A stretch of 63,625 nt of DNA from Tissierellaceae bacterium (GCA_029257065.1 JARIDA010000013.1:1-63625), one strand, 5' to 3'; shown: positions 28,962 to 39,993, counted from the stretch's first letter. Notes: generated by a model not told the origin, from the sequence alone. Made by a program: numbers and translations.

Positions 28962-29645
28962 TTAAATCCTAGTTAATAATTCACTCATAGGTCTTCTTAT
29001 TCTTTCAGTTTTTAAATCTCCTTCGCCATATCCTAAAGCTAACATAACTGAAATACTATAATCATTTTTATCAAGAGCACCTTGTTTAACCAATACATCT
29101 TCTAATTGCTTCTCATTATATTCCTCTATTGGCAATGCACTTATGCCTATCTCATTTGCAGCAAAAATCATTGAACTTAACGCTAAATAACTTTGTCTCC
29201 ATGACCAATGATAGATGGAAAGTGTATCATACATTGAATTTGCTTCTCTTTCTTGTAATGTTCTAATTCCAGATTTAATCTCTGTAACTAATTCCTCAGG
29301 AATTCTTTTAACATCTTTTAATACATAATTAATATAGTTTGAACTATATCTTAAATGATTGCTATTTCTAGATAATATTATTATTATTTTATCTGCTTTT
29401 CTTAAAGTATTTTCTAATCTTGGTGTAGTTTTATATAAATCTTCTTTTATTTTTTCATTTTCTACAACCACAAATTTCCAAGGCTCTAATCCATATGAAC
29501 TTGGCGCTAATCTACCTATTTCTAAAATGAAATTTAAATCGTCCTCTGAAATTTTTTTGGTTCCATCAAATTCTCTTGAAACATGTTTAAGTCCATAATT
29601 TTTAAGCATTTCTTCTTTTCTTTCTTCTAAGTTTTTGTTTTCCAT
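28962..29645 (-). CDS. nitroreductase family protein
   Basis: LAPSSYGLEPWKFVVV and overall NfsB-like layout. Start placed at the ATG at 29645 (GAGGGA upstream); the ORF track start is 29663. Confidence 0.7.
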   Translation of the reverse strand: MENKNLEERKEEMLKNYGLKHVSREFDGTKKISEDDLNFILEIGRLAPSSYGLEPWKFVVVENEKIKEDLYKTTPRLENTLRKADKIIIILSRNSNHLRYSSNYINYVLKDVKRIPEELVTEIKSGIRTLQEREANSMYDTLSIYHWSWRQSYLALSSMIFAANEIGISALPIEEYNEKQLEDVLVKQGALDKNDYSISVMLALGYGEGDLKTERIRRPMSELLTRI

Positions 29646-29721
29646 AAAATCCCTCGCTCTCATAATATATAAAATGTCTTCAAAGTATATATACCCAAGT
29701 ATAAAGTATCAAACATTATTT

Positions 29722-30372
29722 TTATTTATTTTTAATTAAATCTAATTTTACTACTCCAAATAATATTATTTGAATAACAATAACTCCAATAATATATGTT
29801 AATCCTATTTTTATAGCCATATCTACAAAAAATGATTCTGGCATCATTTGAATTAATAAATCTGTTTTTGGATCTAATATCCAAAGATCATTATCAAATA
29901 GTATCAAATGGAAATATACAAAATATTTACTAAAATCTACAAGTATCATACCTATTAATATACCAACTATTCCATAATTAAATAATAAACCTCTAAAACT
30001 CTGTTCTATAAGATAATTTATATCTTCAGCTATATAAAAATACAATATAATAGTTCCAATTAAAACCATACATATATATTTTATTAATCTTATATTAGTA
30101 TATATATTTTGAACATCCTCCATATGCAATACTTCTTTTTCATTAAATGTCTCAGCTAATTCGTCATTGCTTAATCCACCTTTAATATATTCTATTAATT
30201 CCCTCGAATCTTCTAAGAATTCTCCTTTTGAATTATTAGTCTTTTTAAATAAATCATATTTTTCATAACTTTTTTCATAGGATTTAATATTAAATGTATG
30301 ATATTCTATCGAAAAAATTAAAACTGAAAGAGAAATCATAATAACAAATAAAATTATTAATAATCTTTTCAA
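29722..30372 (-). CDS. TIGR01906/DUF1461 family integral membrane protein (Lit-like)
   Basis: 216 aa. N-terminal TM then a soluble segment, and a C-terminal block YFHLILFDNDLWILDPKTDLLIQMMPESFF that I recognise as the family signature. TTG start after AGAGGTGA. Confidence 0.55.
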   Translation of the reverse strand: MKRLLIILFVIMISLSVLIFSIEYHTFNIKSYEKSYEKYDLFKKTNNSKGEFLEDSRELIEYIKGGLSNDELAETFNEKEVLHMEDVQNIYTNIRLIKYICMVLIGTIILYFYIAEDINYLIEQSFRGLLFNYGIVGILIGMILVDFSKYFVYFHLILFDNDLWILDPKTDLLIQMMPESFFVDMAIKIGLTYIIGVIVIQIILFGVVKLDLIKNK

Positions 30373-30478
30373 ATCTTCACCTCTTTTGCTCCATTATATT
30401 CTCTATTATACAATATATTTTTAGTTTTTATTTACTTTGTTTTTTTTATACTATAGAATATATAAACGGAGGTGTTTT

Positions 30479-30994
30479 ATGAAAGGTTATTTTGCATCAC
30501 ATTTCTTTAATGATGCTATGTTTCAATGGACAGAAAGTTTAGCTAGCTTTTTAGAAAGAGAGACTGGTATAGAAATGTATGTCCCACAGAGAAATGATGA
30601 TATAAATAATAAAAAGGATAATGATGAAAATATTACAGCCATTAAAATTGCACAAGCTGACACACTAGAATTACAAAAGGCTAATATACTAATTGCCTCT
30701 CTAGATGGATTGACAATAGATGATGGTGTTTCTGGAGAAATTATGGCTTTTGGAATTATCAAGGAAATGGAATATGAATATAATTTAGAAAATAGTAAGC
30801 CAAGACTTATTATTGGAGTTATAACAGATATGAGATGGCAAGGTACTGGAAACAATAAACTTTATAGAAATCAAATGATAATAGGTAAAATAGAAGAACA
30901 TGGTTTGTTGATTGAAGGTTATCCAAATGATAATAGTTATAAGGATGATATTGTCAAAACCATTCTGGACTTCAAAAATAGAAATAATTTATAA
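30479..30994 (+). CDS. nucleoside 2-deoxyribosyltransferase-like protein
   Basis: MKGYFASHFFNDA... N-terminus and a later DDGVSGEIMAFG block, typical of the family. Start at the ATG at 30479 after GGAGGTG; the ORF track starts upstream at 30437. Confidence 0.55.
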   Translation: MKGYFASHFFNDAMFQWTESLASFLERETGIEMYVPQRNDDINNKKDNDENITAIKIAQADTLELQKANILIASLDGLTIDDGVSGEIMAFGIIKEMEYEYNLENSKPRLIIGVITDMRWQGTGNNKLYRNQMIIGKIEEHGLLIEGYPNDNSYKDDIVKTILDFKNRNNL

Positions 30995-30995
30995 T

Positions 30996-31025
30996 AAAAA
31001 ATCCAGCTCAATGAGCTGGATTTTT
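30996..31025. terminator. bidirectional terminator between convergent genes
   Basis: AAAAA-TCCAGCTC-AAT-GAGCTGGA-TTTTT. Confidence 0.8.
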
Positions 31026-32136
31026 ATGCATATAATTTTATTAACTCTATTACCATTCTCGCTGAATTTTCTAAATCTTTTATCTCTATGCACTCTTCTA
31101 CAGTGTGAGGTTTTTGCATTCCCACACCTAGATTAACTGCATTAAATCCATGCTCGTTCCATATATTTGTATCAGATCCCCCACCAGTGGATTTAGTCTC
31201 TGTTTCAAATCCTAATTTAGCACAAGCTTCTTCAACCTTCTTAACTATTTCAGAATCCGATTCTACTTCAAAGGCTTTATAAATATTATCTATCTCTATA
31301 TTTACACTTCCACCAAATTTTTTAGCGGCAGTTTCAGCTGCATTTACCATGTGACTTGTTTGTTTTTCTAACTTATCATCTTGTAAACTTCTAGCTTCCG
31401 CTTCTACTTTAACGGATTCAGCAACTATATTAGTAGCTTCACCACCACTTATTATTCCTATATTAGCAGTTGTTTCCTCATCTATTCTCAATAAATTCAT
31501 ATTACTAATTGCTTCTGATGCAATTGATATTGCTGAGATTCCCATCTCAGGTGCTACTCCTGCATGAGCAGTTTTACCTATGAATTCAATATCTAGTTTG
31601 TTTTGTGCAGGACCCTTTACTATTATTTCTCCAGGACTTCCACCACTATCTAAGACAAAAATATTTTTTGATTTTATCTTGTCATAATCTAATCCTTTAA
31701 CTCCATATAATCCACCTTCTTCAAATATAGTGAATACAACTTCTAAGTTACCATGTTCGATTTCATTTTCTTGTATACTCTTTATAGCTTCTAATATGGC
31801 TGCAATACCTGCCTTATCATCTCCACCTAATATAGTAGTTCCATCACTATAAATAATACCATCTTTTATTATTGGTTTTATACCTCTTCCTGGTGATACA
31901 GTGTCCATATGTGCTGTAAGCAATATAGGTTCAGAATCCGTTGTACCTTTTAATCTGCCTATAACATTGCCTGAATTGCTTCCAACAGTTTCTCCAGCGT
32001 TATCCATCTCAACCTCAAATCCTAAATCCTCTAATTCTTTCATTAAAACTTTTGCAAACTCCAATTCTTCTTTAGTAGGACTATCAATTTGTATAAACTC
32101 TAAAAACTTCTCTAATATTCTTTTTTCATTAATCAT
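31024..32136 (-). CDS. M20 family peptidase (PepT-like tripeptidase family)
   Basis: 370 aa. LTAHMDTV, GGDDKAGIAA, EEGGLYG, and C-terminal GGSDTN. Confidence 0.8.
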   Translation of the reverse strand: MINEKRILEKFLEFIQIDSPTKEELEFAKVLMKELEDLGFEVEMDNAGETVGSNSGNVIGRLKGTTDSEPILLTAHMDTVSPGRGIKPIIKDGIIYSDGTTILGGDDKAGIAAILEAIKSIQENEIEHGNLEVVFTIFEEGGLYGVKGLDYDKIKSKNIFVLDSGGSPGEIIVKGPAQNKLDIEFIGKTAHAGVAPEMGISAISIASEAISNMNLLRIDEETTANIGIISGGEATNIVAESVKVEAEARSLQDDKLEKQTSHMVNAAETAAKKFGGSVNIEIDNIYKAFEVESDSEIVKKVEEACAKLGFETETKSTGGGSDTNIWNEHGFNAVNLGVGMQKPHTVEECIEIKDLENSARMVIELIKLYA

Positions 32137-32151
32137 ATTATTCCTCCTATA

Positions 32152-34032
32152 TTATATATCCACTTCAGCATCTAAAGCTTTTTCATATATGAATTCTCTT
32201 CTTGGTGCTACTGTTGAACCCATCAGTTTTTTAGTTACCCTATCAGCTTCGATAAAATCATCTATAGTTATTTGTTTTAATACTCTGGTTTTAGGATTTA
32301 ATGTAGTTTCCCACAATTGATCTGGATTCATCTCACCTAGCCCCTTGTATCTTTGAATATGTGAAGCTTTGTTTTCCTTTAAAAACTTATCTAATTCTCG
32401 TTCATTATAAAAATACTCACTCTTTTGCTTGCTAGTAACTTTATAAAGTGGTGGCATAGCTATATATATATGACCAGCATTTATAAGTTCTGGAGTATAT
32501 CTATAAAACAAAGTTAATAACAGTGTGTTTATATGAGATCCATCAACATCAGCATCTGTCATAATCACTACTTTATTATATTTTAAACCTTCTATATCGA
32601 AATCAGATCCTATGCTTGTTCCAAGAGCAGATATTAAAGTTGCTATCTCTATATTATCCAATATTCTGTGCAAAGATTGTCTTTCCACATTTAATATTTT
32701 TCCTTTAAGAGGTAGTATTGCTTGAAACTCTCTATCCCTTCCCTGTTTAGCACTACCTCCAGCAGAATCACCTTCTACTATAAAGATTTCTGTCTTTTTA
32801 GGATTTCTACTTTTACATGAAGCAAGCTTTCCATTAACAGATAATGTAGTGGTCTTACTCATTAGATTTTCTCTAACTTTTTCCTCAGCTTTTCTAAGCT
32901 TTAAAGATTCTTTTGCATTATCTATTATCTCTGTTAATGTCTCTAAATTTCTATCGAAATATAATTGGGATTGCATAGTAAGTATTTCATCCACTATTCC
33001 CCTTACCTCTGGATTACCTAATTTTGTTTTAGTTTGTCCTTCAAATTCTGGATTAGGATATCTTATGGATATAATCGCAACCATTCCATTCCTTATATCT
33101 CTTCCTTCAAAATTTTCATCTCTATCTCTTAGTTGATTAGTTTCTCTTGCATATTGATTTATAGTTCTAGTAAAAGAACTTCTTAAGCCACTAACATGAG
33201 TACCACCTTCATGAGTATTTATATTATTACAAAAAGATAAAATAGTTTCAGCCTTTTCATTTGTGAATTGTAATGCTATTTCTACATGAGTTCCATCCTT
33301 GTCACCCGTTAAATATATTACATCTGTAATAGTTTTTTTATCTTCATTTAAATCCTTCATAAATGAAATTAAACCATCCTCAGTTTTATATATCTTCTCT
33401 TCATCTGTATTTAAGTCTTTAAATATTAATGTTAAATCCTTATTTAAGTATGAAAGTTCTTTTAATCTTCTCTTAATTATTTCTGCTTTAAATTCTATAA
33501 TTTCAAAAATTTCTCCATCTGGTAAAAAAGTTATCTTGGTTCCTCTCTTATTTGTATTCCCAACTGGCTCTAATTCTCCGTTTTCAAGTTTATTAACTGG
33601 AACACCTAACTCATAATCATCAGTATATCTTTTTCCATTTCTAAAAATTTCTGCCCTGAATTCAGCTGATAGTGCATTTACAACTGCAGCACCTACTCCA
33701 TGTAATCCGCCTGATATATCTCCATTTGATCCGAATTTTCCACCTGCATGTAGTATTGTTAAGATTACTCTTAAAGCTGATTGACCAGAACTATGTTTAT
33801 CAACTGGTATTCCTCTACCATTGTCTTCTACAGTAACTGATCCATCTTTATTTAATGTAACCTCTATTCGATCACAATGTCCAGCCAAATGTTCATCTAC
33901 ACCATTATCTATTATTTCATTAACCAAATGATGAAGACCCCTAGAACCTGTACTACCTATATACATTCCAGGCCTTAGCCTTACTGCTTCCAGACCCTCT
34001 AGTATCTTTATTTCTTCTGCATTATAACTCAT
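32152..34032 (-). CDS. parE: type IIA topoisomerase subunit B (ParE/GyrB family, probable topoisomerase IV ParE)
   Basis: GHKL ATPase (LEAVRLRPGMYIGS, LHHLVNEIIDNGVDE, GLHGVGAAVVNALS), Toprim (EIFIVEGDSAGGSA) and PLKGKILNV. Start at the ATG at 34032 (RBS GGAAGGTGA). The assignment to topo IV versus gyrase is inferred from context only. Confidence 0.85.
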   Translation of the reverse strand: MSYNAEEIKILEGLEAVRLRPGMYIGSTGSRGLHHLVNEIIDNGVDEHLAGHCDRIEVTLNKDGSVTVEDNGRGIPVDKHSSGQSALRVILTILHAGGKFGSNGDISGGLHGVGAAVVNALSAEFRAEIFRNGKRYTDDYELGVPVNKLENGELEPVGNTNKRGTKITFLPDGEIFEIIEFKAEIIKRRLKELSYLNKDLTLIFKDLNTDEEKIYKTEDGLISFMKDLNEDKKTITDVIYLTGDKDGTHVEIALQFTNEKAETILSFCNNINTHEGGTHVSGLRSSFTRTINQYARETNQLRDRDENFEGRDIRNGMVAIISIRYPNPEFEGQTKTKLGNPEVRGIVDEILTMQSQLYFDRNLETLTEIIDNAKESLKLRKAEEKVRENLMSKTTTLSVNGKLASCKSRNPKKTEIFIVEGDSAGGSAKQGRDREFQAILPLKGKILNVERQSLHRILDNIEIATLISALGTSIGSDFDIEGLKYNKVVIMTDADVDGSHINTLLLTLFYRYTPELINAGHIYIAMPPLYKVTSKQKSEYFYNERELDKFLKENKASHIQRYKGLGEMNPDQLWETTLNPKTRVLKQITIDDFIEADRVTKKLMGSTVAPRREFIYEKALDAEVDI

Positions 34033-34222
34033 ATATTCACCTTCCATATAAATCTTTTCTATCATAATTTATTTTTATTATTTATTATTTCTTCTAATTC
34101 ATTGCTTTGACAACTAATAATAACACATTAGAGGTTAATTTAAAAGTTATTATTCCGATTAACCGAAAGTATGTTCTTTTTTTATCATATTATGCTATAA
34201 TGATTAATCTAAACAAGTATAT

Positions 34223-34252
34223 TTGAATTTTTATATTTTTTAGTGTTATAAT
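34223..34252 (+). promoter_or_regulatory. sigma-A type promoter for parC (extended -10)
   Basis: TTGAAT (34223..34228), 18-nt spacer, TGTTATAAT (-10 hexamer at 34247..34252). Confidence 0.45.
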
Positions 34253-34291
34253 GAATTGAATTTGATTTTTAAAATTGTAGGAGATGATATT

Positions 34292-36460
34292 TTGAATAAA
34301 AATATAATTAAAATTGATTATAAAGAGGAAATGGAGCAATCTTATATAGATTATGCTATGAGCGTTATAATACAAAGAGCCATTCCTGATTTAAGAGATG
34401 GACTAAAACCAGTTCATAGAAGAATACTATATGCTATGACAGAGTTAAATTTAGAACCAGAAAAACCATTTAAGAAAAGTGCTAGAATAATAGGAGACGT
34501 TTTAGGTAAGTATCACCCACATGGTGACTCTTCTGTTTACGAAGCTATGGTTAGGCTAGCACAGGACTTTAATACTAATCATCCATTAGTACTGGGACAG
34601 GGTAATTTTGGCTCTATAGACGGAGACCCAGCTGCAGCAATGAGATATACAGAAGCCAAGTTAGAATCCTTAAGTATGTCTCTACTTAAAGGACTGGACA
34701 AAGATACAATTGAGTATCAAGATAATTTTGATAACTCTTTAAAAGAACCTTCTGTATTACCAGCCAGATTTTTTAATCTATTGGTTAATGGTTCCACAGG
34801 TATTGCGGTAGGAATGTCTACTAATATACCACCACATAACTTAAACGAAGTTAACAATGCCTGTAAGGCATATTTAAAAAATAAAAACATTACAAATGCT
34901 GGACTCTTAAGATATATTAAAGGCCCAGACTTTCCAACTGGTGGAACAATTATAAATAAAGATGATATTAAAAAAATATATGAAACCGGTAATGGTAGAA
35001 TTCGTGTACGTGCTAATTTTGAATTGGAAGATTTAAAAGGTGGCAGGAAAAATTTAATTATAACTGAAATCCCATATACTTTTGCAGGGAGTAAAACCAG
35101 ACTTATAGAAAGCTTTATTAATTTAGTAAATGATAGAAAACTCGATGAACTCTCAGATGTTAGAGATGAATCCAGTAAGGACGGAATAAGAATAGTTTTA
35201 GAAGTTAAGAGAGGCATAGATATAGATATGTTAAAGTCTAAACTATATCAAACTACTCGACTAGAGGATACTGTTCCAGTTAATTTACTTTCAATTGTCG
35301 ATAATAGACCTGCTGTTTTCTCTATAAGAGAATTAATAGAATATTATTGTGAATTTTTAATTTCTATTTATATTAAAGAAATTAATTTTGATCTTAATAA
35401 ATTAAAATATGATCGTGAAATTAATGAGGGGCTAATAAAAGCCTATAATAAAATAGATCTTATTATAGAAATTATTAGAGGAAGTAAAAAAAGAGAAGAT
35501 GTAGTTACTTGTCTAACCACAGGAGATATAAGTAATATTAATTTAAATAATAAATCCTCACAGGCAACTGCTAAAGAACTTAACTTCACTCAAAACCAAG
35601 CAGAATCAATAATGAAACTACAACTTCAAAGATTAGTAGGGCTTGAAATAGATAAAATCAAAGAAACTTTAGAGGAAATCAATAAGAAAATAGACTTTTC
35701 TCTTAATCTACTGGAAAATGAAGATGAACTACGTGATTATATTATTGTGGATTTAGATGATATTAAAAAGAAATATGGACATAATAGAAAGACCCAGATA
35801 AAACAAATTGATAAAGAGGATAAATTTGTTGAAGAAGAAGTAGTTGAGGAGCTTTATGCTCTAATTGATAGATTTAATTATGTAAAAGTAGTGGATACTC
35901 AAAGTTATTCTAGAACAAATAAGGAAACTTTAGAATCCTATAAATATATAGTTAAAATCCATTCTAATGATAATCTTTGGATATTTTCTGATGATATTAA
36001 TTTCCATCAAATAAAAATCAAAGATTTACCTGTTTCTAAAATGGCAGATAGAGGAACACCTCTTCCAAATAATATTAATTTATTATTTGCTGATAGTGAA
36101 GAAAATCTAAAAGACAAAGAACTTTTATTCACAACTAAATTTGGATATGTAAAACGAATTGATTCTTCTGAGTTTCAAACTATTAGAAGAGAACTTATTT
36201 CCACTAGACTTTCATCTGAAGATGATGAATTAATCAGTGTTAATTTAATAGATGATAACAGTGAGGAATTAGTCCTAATTACAAATGATAATAGAAAAAT
36301 TAGATTCAATGTGTCTGAAGTATCTAAACAAAAGAGAATGGCCATGGGTGTAATAGGAATTAATCTAAATCAAGATGATTATGTTATAGATGTAAAACTA
36401 GAAGAAAAAACCGATAAAGACAAAAGAAATCGTGGAGCAAAAGGATTTATTATAAAATAA
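34292..36460 (+). CDS. parC: type IIA topoisomerase subunit A (ParC/GyrA family, probable topoisomerase IV ParC)
   Basis: [46 protein letters not shown], and the catalytic Tyr in [13 protein letters not shown] start at 34292 after GGAG (in frame with the track ORF). The C-terminal domain is short. Confidence 0.88.
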   Translation: MNKNIIKIDYKEEMEQSYIDYAMSVIIQRAIPDLRDGLKPVHRRILYAMTELNLEPEKPFKKSARIIGDVLGKYHPHGDSSVYEAMVRLAQDFNTNHPLVLGQGNFGSIDGDPAAAMRYTEAKLESLSMSLLKGLDKDTIEYQDNFDNSLKEPSVLPARFFNLLVNGSTGIAVGMSTNIPPHNLNEVNNACKAYLKNKNITNAGLLRYIKGPDFPTGGTIINKDDIKKIYETGNGRIRVRANFELEDLKGGRKNLIITEIPYTFAGSKTRLIESFINLVNDRKLDELSDVRDESSKDGIRIVLEVKRGIDIDMLKSKLYQTTRLEDTVPVNLLSIVDNRPAVFSIRELIEYYCEFLISIYIKEINFDLNKLKYDREINEGLIKAYNKIDLIIEIIRGSKKREDVVTCLTTGDISNINLNNKSSQATAKELNFTQNQAESIMKLQLQRLVGLEIDKIKETLEEINKKIDFSLNLLENEDELRDYIIVDLDDIKKKYGHNRKTQIKQIDKEDKFVEEEVVEELYALIDRFNYVKVVDTQSYSRTNKETLESYKYIVKIHSNDNLWIFSDDINFHQIKIKDLPVSKMADRGTPLPNNINLLFADSEENLKDKELLFTTKFGYVKRIDSSEFQTIRRELISTRLSSEDDELISVNLIDDNSEELVLITNDNRKIRFNVSEVSKQKRMAMGVIGINLNQDDYVIDVKLEEKTDKDKRNRGAKGFIIK

Positions 36461-36461
36461 G

Positions 36462-36486
36462 AAAAAGCATGCTGAGCATGCTTTTT
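36462..36486. terminator. bidirectional terminator between parC and brnQ
   Basis: AAAAAGCATGC-TGA-GCATGCTTTTT. Confidence 0.8.
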
Positions 36487-36493
36487 CTTTATT

Positions 36494-37873
36494 TTAAGCC
36501 ATATTCTTTTCACTTATAAATCGATCTAATAATGCTCCTAATACTAATCCTATTATAGCTGGTAAAATCCAACCTAATCCAGATTCATAAAGTGGCAATC
36601 TCTCTAGTACATTCATTATAAAAACTCCTAATGAATTTAATATATTACCCACTCCAAAAGGAATCCCCTTAATCTTTTCTAATAAATTTAATTCAAATCC
36701 TTGTATAACATAAATTATGGAAACTATTCCAGTAAGTAATACTGAATAGGAATATATATTCTTACTCTTACCAATAAATCTTTCCAATAAAGCCAAAATG
36801 ATAAGTACTAAAGCTATTGGATAAATACTATTTAATACGGGTACAGATATAGATAATATTTTTGTTAAACCCATATTAGCTATAATAAAGCTCCAAATTG
36901 TTATAATTTTTATAGTCATCTCATAAGTTAAATTTGGAATTATAGTTGTAAAGTATTGACTACAGGATGTTATAAGACCTACACATGTGTTTAAACATGC
37001 TATTGTAAAAATTGTAGCCAAAATAATCAATCCAGGTGTTCCAAAGATGTGAATTACAACATTTGTTAAAGTTTGAGCCCCATTTTCTGTCATTCCATAT
37101 AATTGTCCACTAAGTGCTCCCACATATGCCAATGAGAGATATATGGTAAGAAATAAAATTCCTGCAATTACTCCAGCCTTCATAGTCCCTTTAATAATCT
37201 CATCCTTGGATTCAATGCCCATATCCTTTATAAACAGAGATATAACTATTCCAAAATTCAAACCTGCTATAGCATCCATGGTTAAATACCCCTCTAAAAA
37301 CCCTTTTACTAGGGCATTATTTTTGTATTCACCCAGTGGCTGACCAAAACCTACAAATGGTTTTACAAAACTCCCAATAAATATTGCTCCTAATAACACT
37401 AATAATATTGGTGTTAAAAACTTAGCAATTCTATCTACCAATTTATTTGGCCTAGATGCTAATGTGTAAGCTATGGAGAAAAATATCACTGTATAAATTA
37501 AAAGAGCTATTTTAGGTGAAATCAATCCCTGTGGCAAAAAAGGGGCTACAGCCATTTCAAATGGAAGACTTCCTGCTCTTGGTATTGCTAAAAATGGTCC
37601 AATGGATAGGTAAATTAAAGTTGTATATATAAGTGCAAATTGATCATTAATTCTTTTACCTAAATTTTGTAATCCATCTGATTTAGCCACAGCTATAACT
37701 GCTAAGATAGGAAAACCTACTGCCGTGGTACAAAATCCAATCATTGCAATCCAAGTATTAACTCCTGCATTCTCACCTAAAAAAGGCGGGAAAATTAAAT
37801 TTCCTGCTCCAAAAAATAATGAAAACAACATAACTCCTATTACCAATAAATTTTTACCTTTTAAACTTTTCAT
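36494..37873 (-). CDS. brnQ: branched-chain amino acid transport system II carrier (LIVCS family)
   Basis: LVIGVMLFSLFFGAGNLIFPPFLGENAG N-terminus and 12-TM layout. ATG at 37873 after GGAGG. Confidence 0.9.
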   Translation of the reverse strand: MKSLKGKNLLVIGVMLFSLFFGAGNLIFPPFLGENAGVNTWIAMIGFCTTAVGFPILAVIAVAKSDGLQNLGKRINDQFALIYTTLIYLSIGPFLAIPRAGSLPFEMAVAPFLPQGLISPKIALLIYTVIFFSIAYTLASRPNKLVDRIAKFLTPILLVLLGAIFIGSFVKPFVGFGQPLGEYKNNALVKGFLEGYLTMDAIAGLNFGIVISLFIKDMGIESKDEIIKGTMKAGVIAGILFLTIYLSLAYVGALSGQLYGMTENGAQTLTNVVIHIFGTPGLIILATIFTIACLNTCVGLITSCSQYFTTIIPNLTYEMTIKIITIWSFIIANMGLTKILSISVPVLNSIYPIALVLIILALLERFIGKSKNIYSYSVLLTGIVSIIYVIQGFELNLLEKIKGIPFGVGNILNSLGVFIMNVLERLPLYESGLGWILPAIIGLVLGALLDRFISEKNMA

Positions 37874-38012
37874 CAAATCCTCCTAATTGTTCTTAATAAT
37901 AAAAGCAAATATAGCTGTAAAATAAGACACCTTAGAATCAAGATGTTCTATTCTACAGCTATATTTATTCCTATAGTAGGGTTATTGCGTTATTATAAGA
38001 AATTACATTTAA

Positions 38013-38348
38013 TTACCAATTTCTTAATCTTAAAGCATCTTCCACATCTATTCTTATTTTAAACCAGGATAATACATATTCAACTGATCTAGCTATTGAT
38101 TCCCTGGCCATTGTCTCTATTTCACTATTATTATCAAAGAATTCATCTTCTAATTCATTTATTCTCAGTGTCATTTTATCTAATTCTTTTTGTATAAGTT
38201 CTCTGGAAGTTTCACCGGTTTCTAAATATTTTATAAGCTCCAATATTAAGTTCTTAACCTTGTCTACTAAGATATCTGGAAAAAATGGGTCTGAATACAT
38301 TTCATCCAATAAGTCATAATTTTCATCAAACTTTTTATTTTTTGTCAT
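38013..38348 (-). CDS. hypothetical protein (possibly DUF5713-like)
   Basis: 111-aa acidic helical protein. LDEMYSDPFFPD...NSEIETMARESIA...LRNW resembles, from memory, the DUF5713 pattern. Good RBS GAGGGGAG. Confidence 0.35.
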   Translation of the reverse strand: MTKNKKFDENYDLLDEMYSDPFFPDILVDKVKNLILELIKYLETGETSRELIQKELDKMTLRINELEDEFFDNNSEIETMARESIARSVEYVLSWFKIRIDVEDALRLRNW

Positions 38349-38447
38349 AATAGCACTCCCCTCATTTATACAATTATTAAGATTAGCATACTAATTTAAA
38401 AATTTATATTCCACTATATTGTATATCTAAAGCCATTAATTTACAAG

Positions 38448-39356
38448 TTATTTTAGATTACTCTTTTTAGTGATTTTTACACTTTTAATTTCATCCGACT
38501 CCTTTATATTATTAATTTCTATTTGGAATTCATCTTTATCCATAAATTGCTCTATAAATTCTAAATTTGGGCTGTAATAAAAGCTCCCACCTATTTTAAG
38601 TGATCTTAATATTTCCATATATTTCTTTGCATATATAATATGACCATCACCTAACTTTAAATGTTCCCGCTTAAAATGATTTGTAAATGATAAATGAGCT
38701 ATTATGGTTCCCCATTTCTCCTCTTCAAACTTCTTATCAAACCAGGACAATTCGTTGAAATAATTTTCCTCACTTTCAATCTCTCTATCTATTCCATATG
38801 TATTAAATCCTATTCCTCTTAAATATTTAACTAATTCTCCTGATTTACCACATCCAATGTCTAGTATAGGTTCTTTTATATTTTTCAAATCCATATGAAG
38901 AATTCTAATTTGATGCTCTGGAGAATATTCAGAGCAAGGGACAATATCTATTTCTCTCTTACCATTATTCATTGCTTTTAACTCATCTATATCTTCCATT
39001 AAAGAAATAATATCTCTTTGAGATTTATTGAAAATATTTATTATATCTACATCTCTCTTAAGATTAAACAACTCTTTATAAAATTTTTTAATTATATTGT
39101 ATAATTCTTCTTCAAGTAAATCTCTTATTAATACATATTGATTTGTCTTTATGATCAGGTTTATTATTTCTCTCTTTGTAAATTCACTTAATTCTTCTAA
39201 TTCATTATCCTGAAAACTTAATTTATCCCTATTATTTTCAATATATTTATATAAAATATTTCCTAATGGTAATTCTTTATCCATTTTTATAAATATATTC
39301 TTTCCATAATTAGAATCTATTGATTCTTTTATTACATTTTTAATCTTCTCTTTCAA
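38448..39356 (-). CDS. class I SAM-dependent methyltransferase with an uncharacterised N-terminal region
   Basis: Motif I ILDIGCGKSGELVKYL followed by YGIDRE. The N-terminal region of about 150 aa is unassigned. Confidence 0.65.
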   Translation of the reverse strand: MKEKIKNVIKESIDSNYGKNIFIKMDKELPLGNILYKYIENNRDKLSFQDNELEELSEFTKREIINLIIKTNQYVLIRDLLEEELYNIIKKFYKELFNLKRDVDIINIFNKSQRDIISLMEDIDELKAMNNGKREIDIVPCSEYSPEHQIRILHMDLKNIKEPILDIGCGKSGELVKYLRGIGFNTYGIDREIESEENYFNELSWFDKKFEEEKWGTIIAHLSFTNHFKREHLKLGDGHIIYAKKYMEILRSLKIGGSFYYSPNLEFIEQFMDKDEFQIEINNIKESDEIKSVKITKKSNLK

Positions 39357-39394
39357 TTTTCTTCCTCCCCACGATTCATTATATATGATTATTT

Positions 39395-39436
39395 AAAAAA
39401 ACAAAAAACAAAAGTAAAACATATGTTTTACTTTTG
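39395..39436 (-). terminator. terminator after tpx
   Basis: CAAAAGTAAAACAT/ATGTTTTACTTTTG hairpin followed by a T-run on the minus strand. Confidence 0.75.
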
Positions 39437-39464
39437 TTTAGTTAATCTTATATTTCATTTTAAA

Positions 39465-39980
39465 TTATATTAATTTTTTTGTCTCTTCCAAGACTCTGTC
39501 ATAATCTGGATGATTAGTAGCATCTTCAACATATTCTACATACTTAACTTCATTATCCGCATCTAACAGAACTATTCCCCTAGCTAATAATCTAGATTCT
39601 TTTATTAAGAATCCATATTTTTCACCAAAATCAACATCTTTATGGTCCGATAGTGTTATAACCTTATCTATTCCCTTAGCTCCACAGAATCTTTTCTGTG
39701 CAAAAGGCAAGTCCACTGATAATGTTAATATTACAACATTTCCTAAATCAGATGCCATTTCATTGAAGTTAATCGTCTGTAATTCACAAACTCCTGTATC
39801 TAAAGACGGCACAACTGATATTATTTTTATTTTATCACCAGCATCTTCTAAAGTATATTCTTCCATTTCCGTTGTTAAAGCTGTAAAATCAGGAGCCATA
39901 TCTCCTACTTTTATTTCCGGTCCTATTAAAGTTACTGCTTCTCCACCCATTTTTATAGCATCTTTTCTTTCTTCTAACAT
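39465..39980 (-). CDS. tpx: thiol peroxidase (atypical 2-Cys peroxiredoxin Tpx)
   Basis: 171 aa. VGDMAPDF, SVVPSLDTGVCELQT (peroxidatic Cys), FAQKRFCGA (resolving Cys). Confidence 0.9.
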   Translation of the reverse strand: MLEERKDAIKMGGEAVTLIGPEIKVGDMAPDFTALTTEMEEYTLEDAGDKIKIISVVPSLDTGVCELQTINFNEMASDLGNVVILTLSVDLPFAQKRFCGAKGIDKVITLSDHKDVDFGEKYGFLIKESRLLARGIVLLDADNEVKYVEYVEDATNHPDYDRVLEETKKLI

Positions 39981-39993
39981 TTTACTCCTCCTT

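Noticed and set aside
34190-34375. 61-aa minus-strand ORF in the parE/parC intergenic region
   Set aside because: The translation is low-complexity and I/F/N-rich. It overlaps the parC promoter and start, and it has no RBS.
36400-36460. RNRGAKG at the extreme C-terminus of ParC, which resembles a GyrA-box (QRRGGKG)
   Set aside because: A GyrA-box sits in the first blade of the C-terminal domain, not in the last 10 residues. A short basic/glycine tail is most likely coincidental.
37907-37966. 13-bp inverted repeat (AAATATAGCTGTA...TACAGCTATATTT) with a 34-nt spacer upstream of brnQ, considered as a riboswitch or T-box
   Set aside because: It has no T-box core or other riboswitch signature. 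It is followed by a T-rich run on the minus strand, so it is most simply the terminator of the upstream 111-aa gene.
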